Under the pieces are notes generated by a model that was not told where the DNA came from, ran no database searches, and saw only the letters and a list, made by a program, of their open reading frames with translations. From positions 1-47,257 of the IMG/VR virus record IMGVR_UViG_3300042199_000262: 47,257 nt of DNA; one strand, written 5' to 3'. Shown piece by piece: positions 15,720 to 25,080 of this stretch (positions within the stretch are counted from its first letter, which is position 1; each line of letters starts with the position of its first letter). The translations under genes and the position numbers were made by a program. This stretch comes from a virus (Duplodnaviria; Caudoviricetes).

Positions 15720-16675
15720 GTTAAAAATACCTCTTCAAATTTATTCATCACATTTTTTGGGGAGAACTCTTTATAAAAGTTCCAGTCTTTTCCTTTATCA
15801 TTATAGTTATTAAAGTTAATAATGATATTAGTTAACTGATCATAATCTGAATAATAAATTGCATTATTAGATAATTGATCAATATGAGCCATATCAAAAA
15901 ATGGAGTATCTTGTAATGGTAAGTAAGTAATTATTGGTTTATTTTTTGTAGAAAACTCTGCTATAGTTAATCCAAAACTTTCTCCATTATCTCTAGCATG
16001 AAGACAGGCATCGCAAGTATTTATGAAAGAATTTCTTAATTTCATATCTTGAGTTCCTGGCAAAAAAATTGTATTTGGATTACTACAAAATTTATTAACA
16101 TTCATGAATAAAAAGTAAATGTTAGGATGCTTGATGGAGATATCAATAACTGCTTTTTTTGCAAAATCTATATTAAAAGAGTCTTCACCTCCATAATAAC
16201 CAAAAACAATTGAATCTTTATTTATGTTTAAAATTGATCTTAAATTGTCTCCTTGATCATATTTTTGTAAATCAACCATATGAGGTACATAAGGAATCTT
16301 ACCAGAACTCATCTTGTTTGATAACCACCTAGAAACATAAGCATACTTATCTCCATGAATTTCATTATATTGAAAGACAGCATGAACTGCATTCTTTACA
16401 TTTGATATAAGTCTACCATCATACAATCCAGCCTTTATAAAATAAACAAGATCAAGTTTTTCTAAATCAGCTATATAATTACATTCTCTAAAATTAGAAT
16501 ATAAGTATACTTTAAATCTTTTTTTAAATTTTTCTAAAGAAGCTAAATTTGAATTTGCATCAGATATAATTATAGATTCATTATTTAATAGAACTTCATT
16601 ATAAAAAGCATAATCATAAAGAGCAACTTCTGCCCCTCTTAAGCCAAGTTGATTACTATGAAAACCTATCTTCAT
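15716..16675 (-). CDS. GT-B (GT4-like) glycosyltransferase
   Basis: LRGAEVALYDYA, CDACLHAR..GESFGLTIAEF. Confidence 0.82.
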   Translation of the reverse strand: MKIGFHSNQLGLRGAEVALYDYAFYNEVLLNNESIIISDANSNLASLEKFKKRFKVYLYSNFRECNYIADLEKLDLVYFIKAGLYDGRLISNVKNAVHAVFQYNEIHGDKYAYVSRWLSNKMSSGKIPYVPHMVDLQKYDQGDNLRSILNINKDSIVFGYYGGEDSFNIDFAKKAVIDISIKHPNIYFLFMNVNKFCSNPNTIFLPGTQDMKLRNSFINTCDACLHARDNGESFGLTIAEFSTKNKPIITYLPLQDTPFFDMAHIDQLSNNAIYYSDYDQLTNIIINFNNYNDKGKDWNFYKEFSPKNVMNKFEEVFLT

Positions 16676-16691
16676 TTTTTAAACTTTAAAA

Positions 16692-17477
16692 TTAATGGTT
16701 AAACAAGTGTTTATATTTTTCTTTATTCTCTATTATAAACTTTGGCAATCTAGCATCATTATCTGAAACTAATTTAAAAAGTGTAGGACCTCTATACCAA
16801 CTAATAATGTCTTCATTATTTTTTAACTTAGTATCTATACTTTCTAAAGTTGCTTGTACGTTTACTTCAGGATGACAGAATGAATTTAATTTTTGTAATA
16901 TTTTATCCTTACCACCAAAATAAGTAAAATGCCAACCTCCAACTATGGTATTTAATGAGTTCCTCATGTTTCTCCAATGTTGCGGATCATTATTCAGCAA
17001 ACATTTTTTATTTAATACAACAGTGCCTTTCCAATTTTTTAAATCAAAAGGGTGTATACACACATTATTAAAATTATATTGATAAAGTTGATGAATATAA
17101 ACTGATCCAACTTTTGGTTCAATTTCTAAGTTTGGTATTTCATCTAAATCTGACATTAAAATAATGTCTTCTTCGCTACAATAATTAACAATATTTTTTA
17201 TCCCATTTCTATGTGTATTTTCATTTTGAACTGCTTTTTCAGGAGAAACATTTTTTTTTGAATGAACTGATCCATCAACGATAAAGTGAATAATTTTGTC
17301 TTGAATCCAAGAAAATCTTTCTTTATTTTTTAAATATACAGATTCTTTTGGCTCTCCTTGATGAGTTATGTTTTGTTCAACAATTACAAATTTGTCCACT
17401 TTATCTTTAAGAATATTTAATCTAATTTCTAACAAATCTAGCTCATTAAAAAACATGAAGCAATCAAATACTTTCAT
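16692..17477 (-). CDS. GT17-like glycosyltransferase
   Basis: DCFMFFNELDLLEIRL, VDKFVIVE, SDLDEIP, GWHFTY. Confidence 0.88.
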   Translation of the reverse strand: MKVFDCFMFFNELDLLEIRLNILKDKVDKFVIVEQNITHQGEPKESVYLKNKERFSWIQDKIIHFIVDGSVHSKKNVSPEKAVQNENTHRNGIKNIVNYCSEEDIILMSDLDEIPNLEIEPKVGSVYIHQLYQYNFNNVCIHPFDLKNWKGTVVLNKKCLLNNDPQHWRNMRNSLNTIVGGWHFTYFGGKDKILQKLNSFCHPEVNVQATLESIDTKLKNNEDIISWYRGPTLFKLVSDNDARLPKFIIENKEKYKHLFNH

Positions 17478-18081
17478 CTAGTCTCCTTAATATGGTCAGC
17501 CCATTGTTATTTGTAAAAACTTCATGAACCTTCCATTTTTTATCATACATTAAAAATTCATTAACTGCTTGCTGAAGACCTTTGCCTCCATCTTCCCCAT
17601 TGATCCCAAATGAGACAGTATCATGTAAGATAATATACTTATTTGATTTACTTGAATGTCTAAATAATTCAGCTCTTAACTGATTATATGTATGATAAGT
17701 ATCTATGAATAGTAAATCACATTGAGGGATATCGTTTACAAGAGTGTTTTCTTGCCTAAATTCAAAGTTTACATTATTGTTTTTTGCTATTTCATATATT
17801 TCTGAAATAGTACAAGTAGGTTTTACTGGTTGATGCTCTGGATTAACAATATCAATAGATATTAGTGTCTCAGGTTTTCCAGCTAAAAAAGCCCATGTTG
17901 AAATTATATTTCTAACTCCAAGCTCAACTACAATTTTGCACTCTTCTGTATATCTTTTTAAAGTAGGTAAATGTTCATTTATATCTGTGGAGGTTAATAT
18001 TTTTCCTTCACATAGTTTTAAAAACCAATCATTTATGATTTTGTAGTTGTCATCAATATTATTTATTTGATTATTACTCAT
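17464..18081 (-). CDS. Class I SAM methyltransferase (Methyltransf_24-like)
   Basis: DINEHLPTL, ELGVR, DLLFIDTYHTY, IILHDT, NNNGLTIL. Confidence 0.82.
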   Translation of the reverse strand: MSNNQINNIDDNYKIINDWFLKLCEGKILTSTDINEHLPTLKRYTEECKIVVELGVRNIISTWAFLAGKPETLISIDIVNPEHQPVKPTCTISEIYEIAKNNNVNFEFRQENTLVNDIPQCDLLFIDTYHTYNQLRAELFRHSSKSNKYIILHDTVSFGINGEDGGKGLQQAVNEFLMYDKKWKVHEVFTNNNGLTILRRLDESI

Positions 18082-18099
18082 GTTGATTAATTCCTTTAT

Positions 18100-18795
18100 C
18101 TAAGATAGATATAATTCTCTATAATCACGTTCTATTGTCTCTTTTTTGGTTCCCCCATATAAACAGGGACCAGCATAATGTATAAAGTTAGCTTTAAATC
18201 TTTTTTTCTGTGGATCCGATTCTCCACAATTCATCCAGTTATATTTTCTATCTAAAGAAATAAATTTTACTTTATTTTTTGCAACTAGATAATTCATGAA
18301 TGTTTGATCTCCAAACTCCCAAATAGCAGAATTTTTAGGAGGTGACTCTATTCCATTTATGACCTGCCTCCACGAATCTTTACCAAAAAGCATTATACCA
18401 GCATTAAAATATTGATATTTTCCATTTATCTTGGACCATTCAAACTCATTAGTTACTAATGGATTTACAAATCTATCCCGATCCATAGCTTCAGAATCAG
18501 CATTCTCATTATGAGCATAAAAACAGGTAGGATCAGGATAATCATCAAATATATTAGAAGCTTTTGGAGTTACTAAAACATCAGCGTCCATATACAAAAC
18601 CTGATCATACTTTTCATTTTGAAATAAACTTAAACACTGTAACTTTTCAAAATAAAAGTTATACGCATTAATTTTTATAGAATCACCTACAAAAAAATCA
18701 GCCTCAATTTTTTTTGCATATTTAGATATTGAATCTAATGCTGGTTTATACATCTCATTATTGCCAACATTTAACGAAAAAATAGCTTTTTTCAT
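18100..18795 (-). CDS. GT-A glycosyltransferase (GT8-like)
   Basis: YDQVLYMDADVL, YFNAGIM, DQTFMN, KYN, FIHYAG. Confidence 0.82.
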   Translation of the reverse strand: MKKAIFSLNVGNNEMYKPALDSISKYAKKIEADFFVGDSIKINAYNFYFEKLQCLSLFQNEKYDQVLYMDADVLVTPKASNIFDDYPDPTCFYAHNENADSEAMDRDRFVNPLVTNEFEWSKINGKYQYFNAGIMLFGKDSWRQVINGIESPPKNSAIWEFGDQTFMNYLVAKNKVKFISLDRKYNWMNCGESDPQKKRFKANFIHYAGPCLYGGTKKETIERDYRELYLS

Positions 18796-19772
18796 TTAAA
18801 GTAATCCTCATAAATTTTATCAGCTAATAAGATTGAATCAACTTTTTGACAAGAATTATCACAGGTCTTTTTCAAATCAGTCCAACCAGTTAACTTTCTA
18901 ATCGTATTATAGCATCTGTCCGTACATTTAGAGTGCAAATCTTCATAATACTTAGCATTAGACATTTTAAAGAAACAAGGTTTATTTATTCTTTGTGCTC
19001 CTAGTAAAACTACACTAGTTCCCTGAGAATTAAACACATGATGCATTCCACCATCAGACATTACCGCAACTTTTGGTCTATGGCATTCTTTGGCTAAACT
19101 TAGCCAATCTTTATGAGGAATATGTTCATCACCAAATCCAAAATTTTCTTTGGAGTATTCTACTATGTGAATTGTAGGATCTAGTTTTTTAATTTTATTT
19201 ACAAAAGATACCCATGACTCTCCATTATCTCCATTAAATCTTAATCCTATCCCATCACAACCAGGATGGGGTTCAGGTCTTCCTGCTAATTTAGTTGCAG
19301 GAACAATTCCTAAAGTTTTTTGTTCTTTTTTAACATCCTGAAGTTCTAACAAAGTATGAAGATCAAAATTTTCAAACAATAAAGATTCCATACCTAGTTG
19401 AAGTAAGGAATTTACTGTTAATATGTTAGCACTTGGATGATTAACAAAAAAATCAAAATTTGAATTCCAATAATTCCATAAATTAGGATGCCACTCTGCA
19501 AATAAACAGTAATTTACACAGTTGTTATCTTTTTTTAAGAATGCATAATTCTTCCAAGCTGAGTAACTACCTATTTCATTTTGTAAAGGTTCTCTTACGC
19601 AATCAACATATGGATTTAACTTCATCAAGTTAATTAACTCTCCATAAGTTACTACAGTCAGGTGAGAATTTTTATGATATTCTTTTATTACTTTCGGAGC
19701 AAAAAAGGAATGAAAAGAATCACCTAAATTATATGGATAAAACCATCTGGGAATATAGAGTGTTATATTCAT
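18792..19772 (-). CDS. Putative GT9-like glycosyltransferase
   Basis: LGD near the N-terminus, NPYVD, SDGGMHH resembling the GT9 DSG..H motif. Confidence 0.6.
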   Translation of the reverse strand: MNITLYIPRWFYPYNLGDSFHSFFAPKVIKEYHKNSHLTVVTYGELINLMKLNPYVDCVREPLQNEIGSYSAWKNYAFLKKDNNCVNYCLFAEWHPNLWNYWNSNFDFFVNHPSANILTVNSLLQLGMESLLFENFDLHTLLELQDVKKEQKTLGIVPATKLAGRPEPHPGCDGIGLRFNGDNGESWVSFVNKIKKLDPTIHIVEYSKENFGFGDEHIPHKDWLSLAKECHRPKVAVMSDGGMHHVFNSQGTSVVLLGAQRINKPCFFKMSNAKYYEDLHSKCTDRCYNTIRKLTGWTDLKKTCDNSCQKVDSILLADKIYEDYFK

Positions 19773-20512
19773 AATGATTCAATTTTTGAATAAGGTATTT
19801 TACTTCTTGCTATTTTAACAAAACTTTCTGTTATCTGAAATCTAGGACCTTTACTCTCTCCTATGGGATTTGTAAAATTATAAACATAGTTAACATGGTG
19901 AACAAACAAAGCGTGTTGTGGACCACACATTTCTAGCATTGGAAACATAAAAAACAAATCTCCAGCACCTTGAGGATATTCATTATTTACTAGTAAATCT
20001 TCTTGTTTAATTAATTTCCATAGTTTAGGTTTCCAAGTTCTTAAATGACTAGCGGTAAATCTTGAAGTTCTTAACTCTTTAAAATTAACTTTTTCGGCAA
20101 AACCTAACTGACCAGTATCGTATTTAAATTGCCCATAGGTCATCCAAACTTTTGGATTAGAATAATAAACACATACTCGATCAAATACTTTATCGTCTGG
20201 TAAATAATCATCACCATCGACTTCAACTATTATATCATTATCGTTTACTAATGATTTATTTTTTATTATTTGATCATAGTTACCTGCTTGCCACATCTTC
20301 TTACTATTAGTACATAGTATAAATCTAGAATCTTCAGTCTTGTTTTTAAATTCATTGACTAAATTAATAGTGGAATCAGTGCTGAGATCATCTAATATGT
20401 AACAAACAAAATTTTCATATTTTTGAAATCTTATTGATTCTAAACATCTAATTATGTATTTTTCACAATTATATGCCGTAGTTAGAATTATTAGTCTAGT
20501 ATTTTTTTCCAT
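19769..20512 (-). CDS. GT2 glycosyltransferase
   Basis: TAYNCEKYI.RCL.SI, DDLSTDST, VDGDD, SHLRTW. Confidence 0.88.
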   Translation of the reverse strand: MEKNTRLIILTTAYNCEKYIIRCLESIRFQKYENFVCYILDDLSTDSTINLVNEFKNKTEDSRFILCTNSKKMWQAGNYDQIIKNKSLVNDNDIIVEVDGDDYLPDDKVFDRVCVYYSNPKVWMTYGQFKYDTGQLGFAEKVNFKELRTSRFTASHLRTWKPKLWKLIKQEDLLVNNEYPQGAGDLFFMFPMLEMCGPQHALFVHHVNYVYNFTNPIGESKGPRFQITESFVKIARSKIPYSKIESL

Positions 20513-21261
20513 CGTTCTAATATCTCTTCGTTTGTTAGGATTTCAGGGTTGTTTGAAACACCTTTAAAAGGAATGCTATTGAGTAAACATTCAGCTTCTA
20601 CTAATCCATAAGTTTCAAATTTAGAGTTATGATATACAGCATCAATTAAAGAATACATTTCTTCTTTATTATCATAATGCTTCTTTACCACAACTTTTGA
20701 ACTTAGTAAAGGCTCTATTTCTTTTTTAAAGTAATTTAAATCTGTACCTTGTCCAAATACAAACACCTCATCATACCCATCTTGTAATGCTTGTTTTATA
20801 GAAATATGAGTTTGCTTATGAGGATCTATGCTTCCTATCACCCCAGCCCTATTAACTTTTGGTGCTACCCAATTAAACTTATGAACTATAGGGGGAATTA
20901 TAACCGATGGGTGATTTATTGAATGATATTGCTTTTGTCTATTGCTTACAAAATGTATAACATCGTAATGACTATGTGGAATTGTCTTTAGCTTAAATAG
21001 ATCAGATTCATGGCAGCTAAGTATATGCTTCTTTATATTACCTGTGTAAGGTCGTATAAAGTGTGTTATAACAGTATCGTAAACAGTTAGATTACATTCC
21101 TCCAACTTTCCAGATTTACACTTATTTAAGTGCCAATCATGAGGACCATAAAATGTACAATCATAACCATTTGCATTTAGCAAATTAGTTAGGTTTATGT
21201 GGTGAATTGTGCTGCCGCCAGGATTTGACCAACCACTAATTAGTTTGATTTTTCCGTGCAT
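20491..21261 (-). CDS. GT4-like glycosyltransferase
   Basis: PGGST, IGSI..HK, S..ETYGLVEAE (EX7E). Confidence 0.78.
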   Translation of the reverse strand: MHGKIKLISGWSNPGGSTIHHINLTNLLNANGYDCTFYGPHDWHLNKCKSGKLEECNLTVYDTVITHFIRPYTGNIKKHILSCHESDLFKLKTIPHSHYDVIHFVSNRQKQYHSINHPSVIIPPIVHKFNWVAPKVNRAGVIGSIDPHKQTHISIKQALQDGYDEVFVFGQGTDLNYFKKEIEPLLSSKVVVKKHYDNKEEMYSLIDAVYHNSKFETYGLVEAECLLNSIPFKGVSNNPEILTNEEILERWKKILD

Positions 21262-22408
21262 TCATCACCTCCTCGTATAGATCAATTCTAGATACACAAG
21301 TCTTATTCATATCAAAATTGGCTTCAGTAATTTGGTGTAAGTTCTCACCCATTCTCTTCACCAGCTCTGGATTTTTAGCACAGAGAGTTAATACTCTGAC
21401 CCACTCAGCAAGACCTTTCTTGGGATCAATTAAGAAGCCTGTCTCGCCGTTCTTAATCCACTCTGAGTAACAACCGACATCGGATGCTATTAGTGGAATC
21501 TTATAACGACCACATTCTGCAATCTTGATCTCGGACTTTGAATCATTAAACTCATTCATTTCCAATGGTGCTAGAGCTATATCCATATTCGTAAACATCT
21601 GACCATATCTATCAGGTGTTTGAGCATAATGAATTGACCAGTTAGCTATTCCCTTAAAACCTCTGAGAATAATATCCTTATACTTTCTCCATACGTCAAG
21701 TTGCCAATCATCTTCGGGAGTGTTTGGGGGAGGATGTCCATAGAAATCCCACCTACAGTTTTCTCTACCTACTCTTTGGTTAACTAAATGAGGTACACCA
21801 GAGAAATACTTTAAATCCTGTTCATGGTGAATGCCTCCTACCCAGCCAAATCTTGTAAAATTCTTCTTGGGTTTTGCTATTCTAGGCATATTCCAACAAG
21901 GAAGATTATAATCAATTGTATTCTTAACTACTGCCAAAGTAGTATTAGGTCCACAGAATTGAGCTATGCGTGATGCAAATTTATTTTGAGTAACTGTAAC
22001 AAGATCAGAGTGATGATATATGAACTTGGCTATTTCATCTAATTTCTTTTCTTTGTAAACATGGTAAAGTCTGTGACCCTTATAGAGGTCAGTTAACAAA
22101 TCATCTGTATCGTAGTGTACAAACTTTCCAAATTCTTTACCCTTACCTATTATTCTGGCAGTGTAGTTACCACCATAGTTACATAGGTTTTGAGTAAAAA
22201 TAATATCAGCCCATTTCATATCAGCAAAATCCCAATCAGGAATCCACTGACCAGTTTTTTCATCAATACCCAAAGGGTTTTTATTCCATCTAATCTCAAC
22301 TCGATCTGGATAAAGCTCTTGGAGTTTCCTATAAGGAGCTAGAATTCTATAATATGCACAGCCACCTTCGTTAGATGGCACACAAAGTATCTTTAATTTC
22401 TCGGCCAT
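21236..22408 (-). CDS. GT4-like glycosyltransferase
   Basis: GGCAYYR, DTDD, GWVGG..H..DL, DIALAPL...FN.SKSEIKIAE, IASDVG.Y. Confidence 0.85.
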   Translation of the reverse strand: MAEKLKILCVPSNEGGCAYYRILAPYRKLQELYPDRVEIRWNKNPLGIDEKTGQWIPDWDFADMKWADIIFTQNLCNYGGNYTARIIGKGKEFGKFVHYDTDDLLTDLYKGHRLYHVYKEKKLDEIAKFIYHHSDLVTVTQNKFASRIAQFCGPNTTLAVVKNTIDYNLPCWNMPRIAKPKKNFTRFGWVGGIHHEQDLKYFSGVPHLVNQRVGRENCRWDFYGHPPPNTPEDDWQLDVWRKYKDIILRGFKGIANWSIHYAQTPDRYGQMFTNMDIALAPLEMNEFNDSKSEIKIAECGRYKIPLIASDVGCYSEWIKNGETGFLIDPKKGLAEWVRVLTLCAKNPELVKRMGENLHQITEANFDMNKTCVSRIDLYEEVMNARKNQTN

Positions 22409-22432
22409 AATTAAATTGTATAGTTAAAAATA

Positions 22433-22458
22433 GAGGACACCTTTTTAGAGGTGTCCTC
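22433..22458. terminator. Hairpin, probable terminator after the gp32-lipoprotein unit
   Basis: GAGGACACCT/AGGTGTCCTC 10-bp stem; TATTTTT follows on the minus strand. Confidence 0.7.
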
Positions 22459-22482
22459 ATATCATAGATGATTTATATTAGT

Positions 22483-23025
22483 CTATGCTTGGGTTTGTGA
22501 ACATTCTTGTTCAGGTACGGGTTGTGGTTGCTTAGTCGAGTGTGCAGCACCAATTGCAGCAGCCAAAGCACTCATAGCACCACCGATATCAATCTTGTTG
22601 TCGAAAGGCATAATTGATGTGAATGCCTTAGCATACTGTTGACGCTTACGCTGCGAGAACAGAGCCACAATACCTTCCCATGCAGCTAGGCTGGGGAAGA
22701 ATGCAGCAGCGACACCAAAGATTGCTTGAATAATTCCAGCAATATCGACACCTTCTGGCTTACCTAGAGGTACATACGCTGCACCTTCCTGTAGCTGCTC
22801 CTTTTCCGCTAGAACAACCTGAGTCCCCTCTGGGATTACTGCTTGAAGTTCTTCGGGAAGTTGCTCCTTAGGAATTACAGCAGCGGGCTTTTCACCCTCC
22901 TTAAGTTGATCATCAGTTGTGACCGCAATAGGATCGTCAACAAACCATTCCTTCATGGTAGCACAGGAAGTTGTTCCCATGCCTACAACTAGCGCAAAAA
23001 AAGATACAGTTAAAAAGTTTCGCAT
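22483..23025 (-). CDS. Putative lipoprotein with additional hydrophobic segments
   Basis: Signal-like N-terminus ending in TTSC; hydrophobic stretches IAGIIQAIFGVAAAFFPSLAAW and GGAMSALAAAIGAA. Confidence 0.65.
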   Translation of the reverse strand: MRNFLTVSFFALVVGMGTTSCATMKEWFVDDPIAVTTDDQLKEGEKPAAVIPKEQLPEELQAVIPEGTQVVLAEKEQLQEGAAYVPLGKPEGVDIAGIIQAIFGVAAAFFPSLAAWEGIVALFSQRKRQQYAKAFTSIMPFDNKIDIGGAMSALAAAIGAAHSTKQPQPVPEQECSQTQA

Positions 23026-23028
23026 AAA

Positions 23029-23775
23029 TTATCCTTGTAGCTTGGAAAGGTAATCATCATCGGAAACGTCATCCGATCCCTTAGATGCCTTACCCTTCGG
23101 AATAGGACCGCCCATAAGAGCGGCTGCGGCTTGCTTCACTTCCTCATAATCCTCCAGCTTAACAAGCTCATGGATATCATGGAGACTTCCCATGACCGAA
23201 GCGATCTCAGCCTTGCTACCAAGAGGTGAAGCCTTAGGACGAGGAGCCGACTGATCGTACTTCGGCCATTGTCCATCCATTTCCTTCACGATCTTGAAAT
23301 CGTGACCCTTATCAGGATCGGTGATATCACCGAAGTCTTCATCCAACATAGCAGCAATTATCTTCTTGAACAGAATAACACCGACAGAAAGAATCTTAAT
23401 GTCGTTGCTATCACGATCAAGAACATTCATGTAGTAACGAGCGCGAGGCTTGATGATGCGAGCAAGATCTTCATCTTCCTTGCGACCAGTCTTCCAGAGC
23501 GCATAATAAAGATCACACAGAGGGCACTGCTCACTGTGAACCTTTCGGCAGTGTACATTCTTCACCGTGTCATCAGGTCCAGGAATACGGTGAATCTTTG
23601 TTTCAGCATAGAATTCCTTCTCACCATCCTTCCAAGGAAGGATTCGGATCATGTTACCACCATCCTTGATCTGGTAGAACTTTTGAAGGAAATCACCATT
23701 CGAGGAGCTAGATGCTCCAGTAGGGTTGTTAAGTTGTTCGTGCTTCTTACGAAGTGCATTAAGGTCAATAGGCAT
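23029..23775 (-). CDS. gp32-like single-stranded DNA-binding protein
   Basis: IRILP, H..C..CPLC zinc site, RYYMNV, GHDFKI, YDQS, acidic C-tail; strong SD. Confidence 0.85.
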   Translation of the reverse strand: MPIDLNALRKKHEQLNNPTGASSSSNGDFLQKFYQIKDGGNMIRILPWKDGEKEFYAETKIHRIPGPDDTVKNVHCRKVHSEQCPLCDLYYALWKTGRKEDEDLARIIKPRARYYMNVLDRDSNDIKILSVGVILFKKIIAAMLDEDFGDITDPDKGHDFKIVKEMDGQWPKYDQSAPRPKASPLGSKAEIASVMGSLHDIHELVKLEDYEEVKQAAAALMGGPIPKGKASKGSDDVSDDDYLSKLQG

Positions 23776-23812
23776 AATAGTTCTCCTGTTTAAGTAGTGT
23801 TATAATAGTTGG

Positions 23813-24250
23813 TTACTTGTAAAGTTTAGTCTCTTCCCGCTTATTTGCGGAGACTTGTTGCAACATATCCTTCTTCTGCTCAAGAGCGCGAACGAGTCCC
23901 TTGAGTAGTTCATACTTGAACGATGCTTCGTTCAGCTTACGAGTAGCAGCAATATACTGCTCATCTGCAAAGACTTGATCATCAAGATCCTTCGCGGTCA
24001 GCTTATTGCCAACCTTAGAATTGTTCCTATAAGAGGAACGAATCGTAGATGCAACTCTCACATTATCCGCTTCGATATCATTAACGGTCTTCTTGGCAAG
24101 ACTCATCAAAGCATGATAGTAAGAATAAATAGTGGGTTGGCGTTGCATTTCCAGTTCGATATTAGAATCATCGAACATTACCAAAGCGTCACTAATAGTC
24201 TTATAGTTTTCCCAAGTAAAGTCCTCTAAGGACTCAATAAATTGTTTCAT
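23813..24250 (-). CDS. uvsY: UvsY-like recombination mediator
   Basis: Helical 145-aa protein (P.IYSYY, LTAKDLD..V..DEQY) between SSB and helicase. Confidence 0.6.
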   Translation of the reverse strand: MKQFIESLEDFTWENYKTISDALVMFDDSNIELEMQRQPTIYSYYHALMSLAKKTVNDIEADNVRVASTIRSSYRNNSKVGNKLTAKDLDDQVFADEQYIAATRKLNEASFKYELLKGLVRALEQKKDMLQQVSANKREETKLYK

Positions 24251-24252
24251 AT

Positions 24253-24744
24253 TTAATTATGGCATCCACAACTTGTAGATGCTGTTTGTGGGTTATAGTA
24301 ATTAGGTGATGTAGTAGGAGCCCTTGAGGGCATAGTCATCGTAGTATTAGAGAACGTCGGATTCGATCCTTTAACTATTTTTGTTATAAAGTTAGGATCT
24401 CTTAACCTAGTAGAGTTGTAATTTCTATTTTCTTCTATGGGTGTTAGAATTGGGAAAATAGATAGAAATTCCTGTATTGTTAGCTTGTATAGTCTTCCAG
24501 TAGGAGAAACTCCAACATATTCTCCAGGTTCTCCTGTAACCGATACTTTTGATGGATCACTAACGTAATCTCTTAACAATCCAAAAACTTGATTTATTTT
24601 AAAAAATGTTTGATTTTGGAAAGTTTTTACATTATTAATAGGATCTAATTGAGTAAAAGACCATACTCCATCTTCGTATAAAGATATTCTAGTAGTTATT
24701 TCACTAGGTTTTTGGAATATATCTGATAGTTCTAAATCTTTCAT
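24253..24744 (-). CDS. Hypothetical protein
   Basis: 163-aa ORF with a S/T/P-rich tail ending in SCGCHN. Confidence 0.7.
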   Translation of the reverse strand: MKDLELSDIFQKPSEITTRISLYEDGVWSFTQLDPINNVKTFQNQTFFKINQVFGLLRDYVSDPSKVSVTGEPGEYVGVSPTGRLYKLTIQEFLSIFPILTPIEENRNYNSTRLRDPNFITKIVKGSNPTFSNTTMTMPSRAPTTSPNYYNPQTASTSCGCHN

Positions 24745-24747
24745 ACC

Positions 24748-25080
24748 TTATTTAGGGTATGAGAAAATAAACTTGAATAAATCCCTATTACAGAACCAAT
24801 ACTGCTGCATCATATTAGTAGTTACAGTGGTAATATATTCATTAGTAATACTAGGCATATTACCATCATTATTTAATCCAAAGCAATCATATCCTATGTG
24901 AATAACTTCATGAAGTAAAGTCTTCTTATATTCTAAATGATCTTGGTCTGGATCTACATAAATAACACGTTCTTCAAAGTCTACTTTACCCATAAGACCT
25001 TCATCTTTGAGGCTTTTCTGAACTATTTTATAGTTCCTTACTCCATCATAAAAATGATCGGGATGCTTATACTTATTCAT
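24748..25080 (-). CDS. Small zincin-like (HExxH) protein
   Basis: G.VDF....IYV...TLLHEVIH...NE. Confidence 0.7.
   Translation of the reverse strand: MNKYKHPDHFYDGVRNYKIVQKSLKDEGLMGKVDFEERVIYVDPDQDHLEYKKTLLHEVIHIGYDCFGLNNDGNMPSITNEYITTVTTNMMQQYWFCNRDLFKFIFSYPK

Noticed and set aside
23269-23793. Antisense ORFs over gp32, and similar ones over helicase, RNR, gp46, polymerase, sheath and capsid
   Set aside because: They lie opposite well-supported genes and carry no motifs
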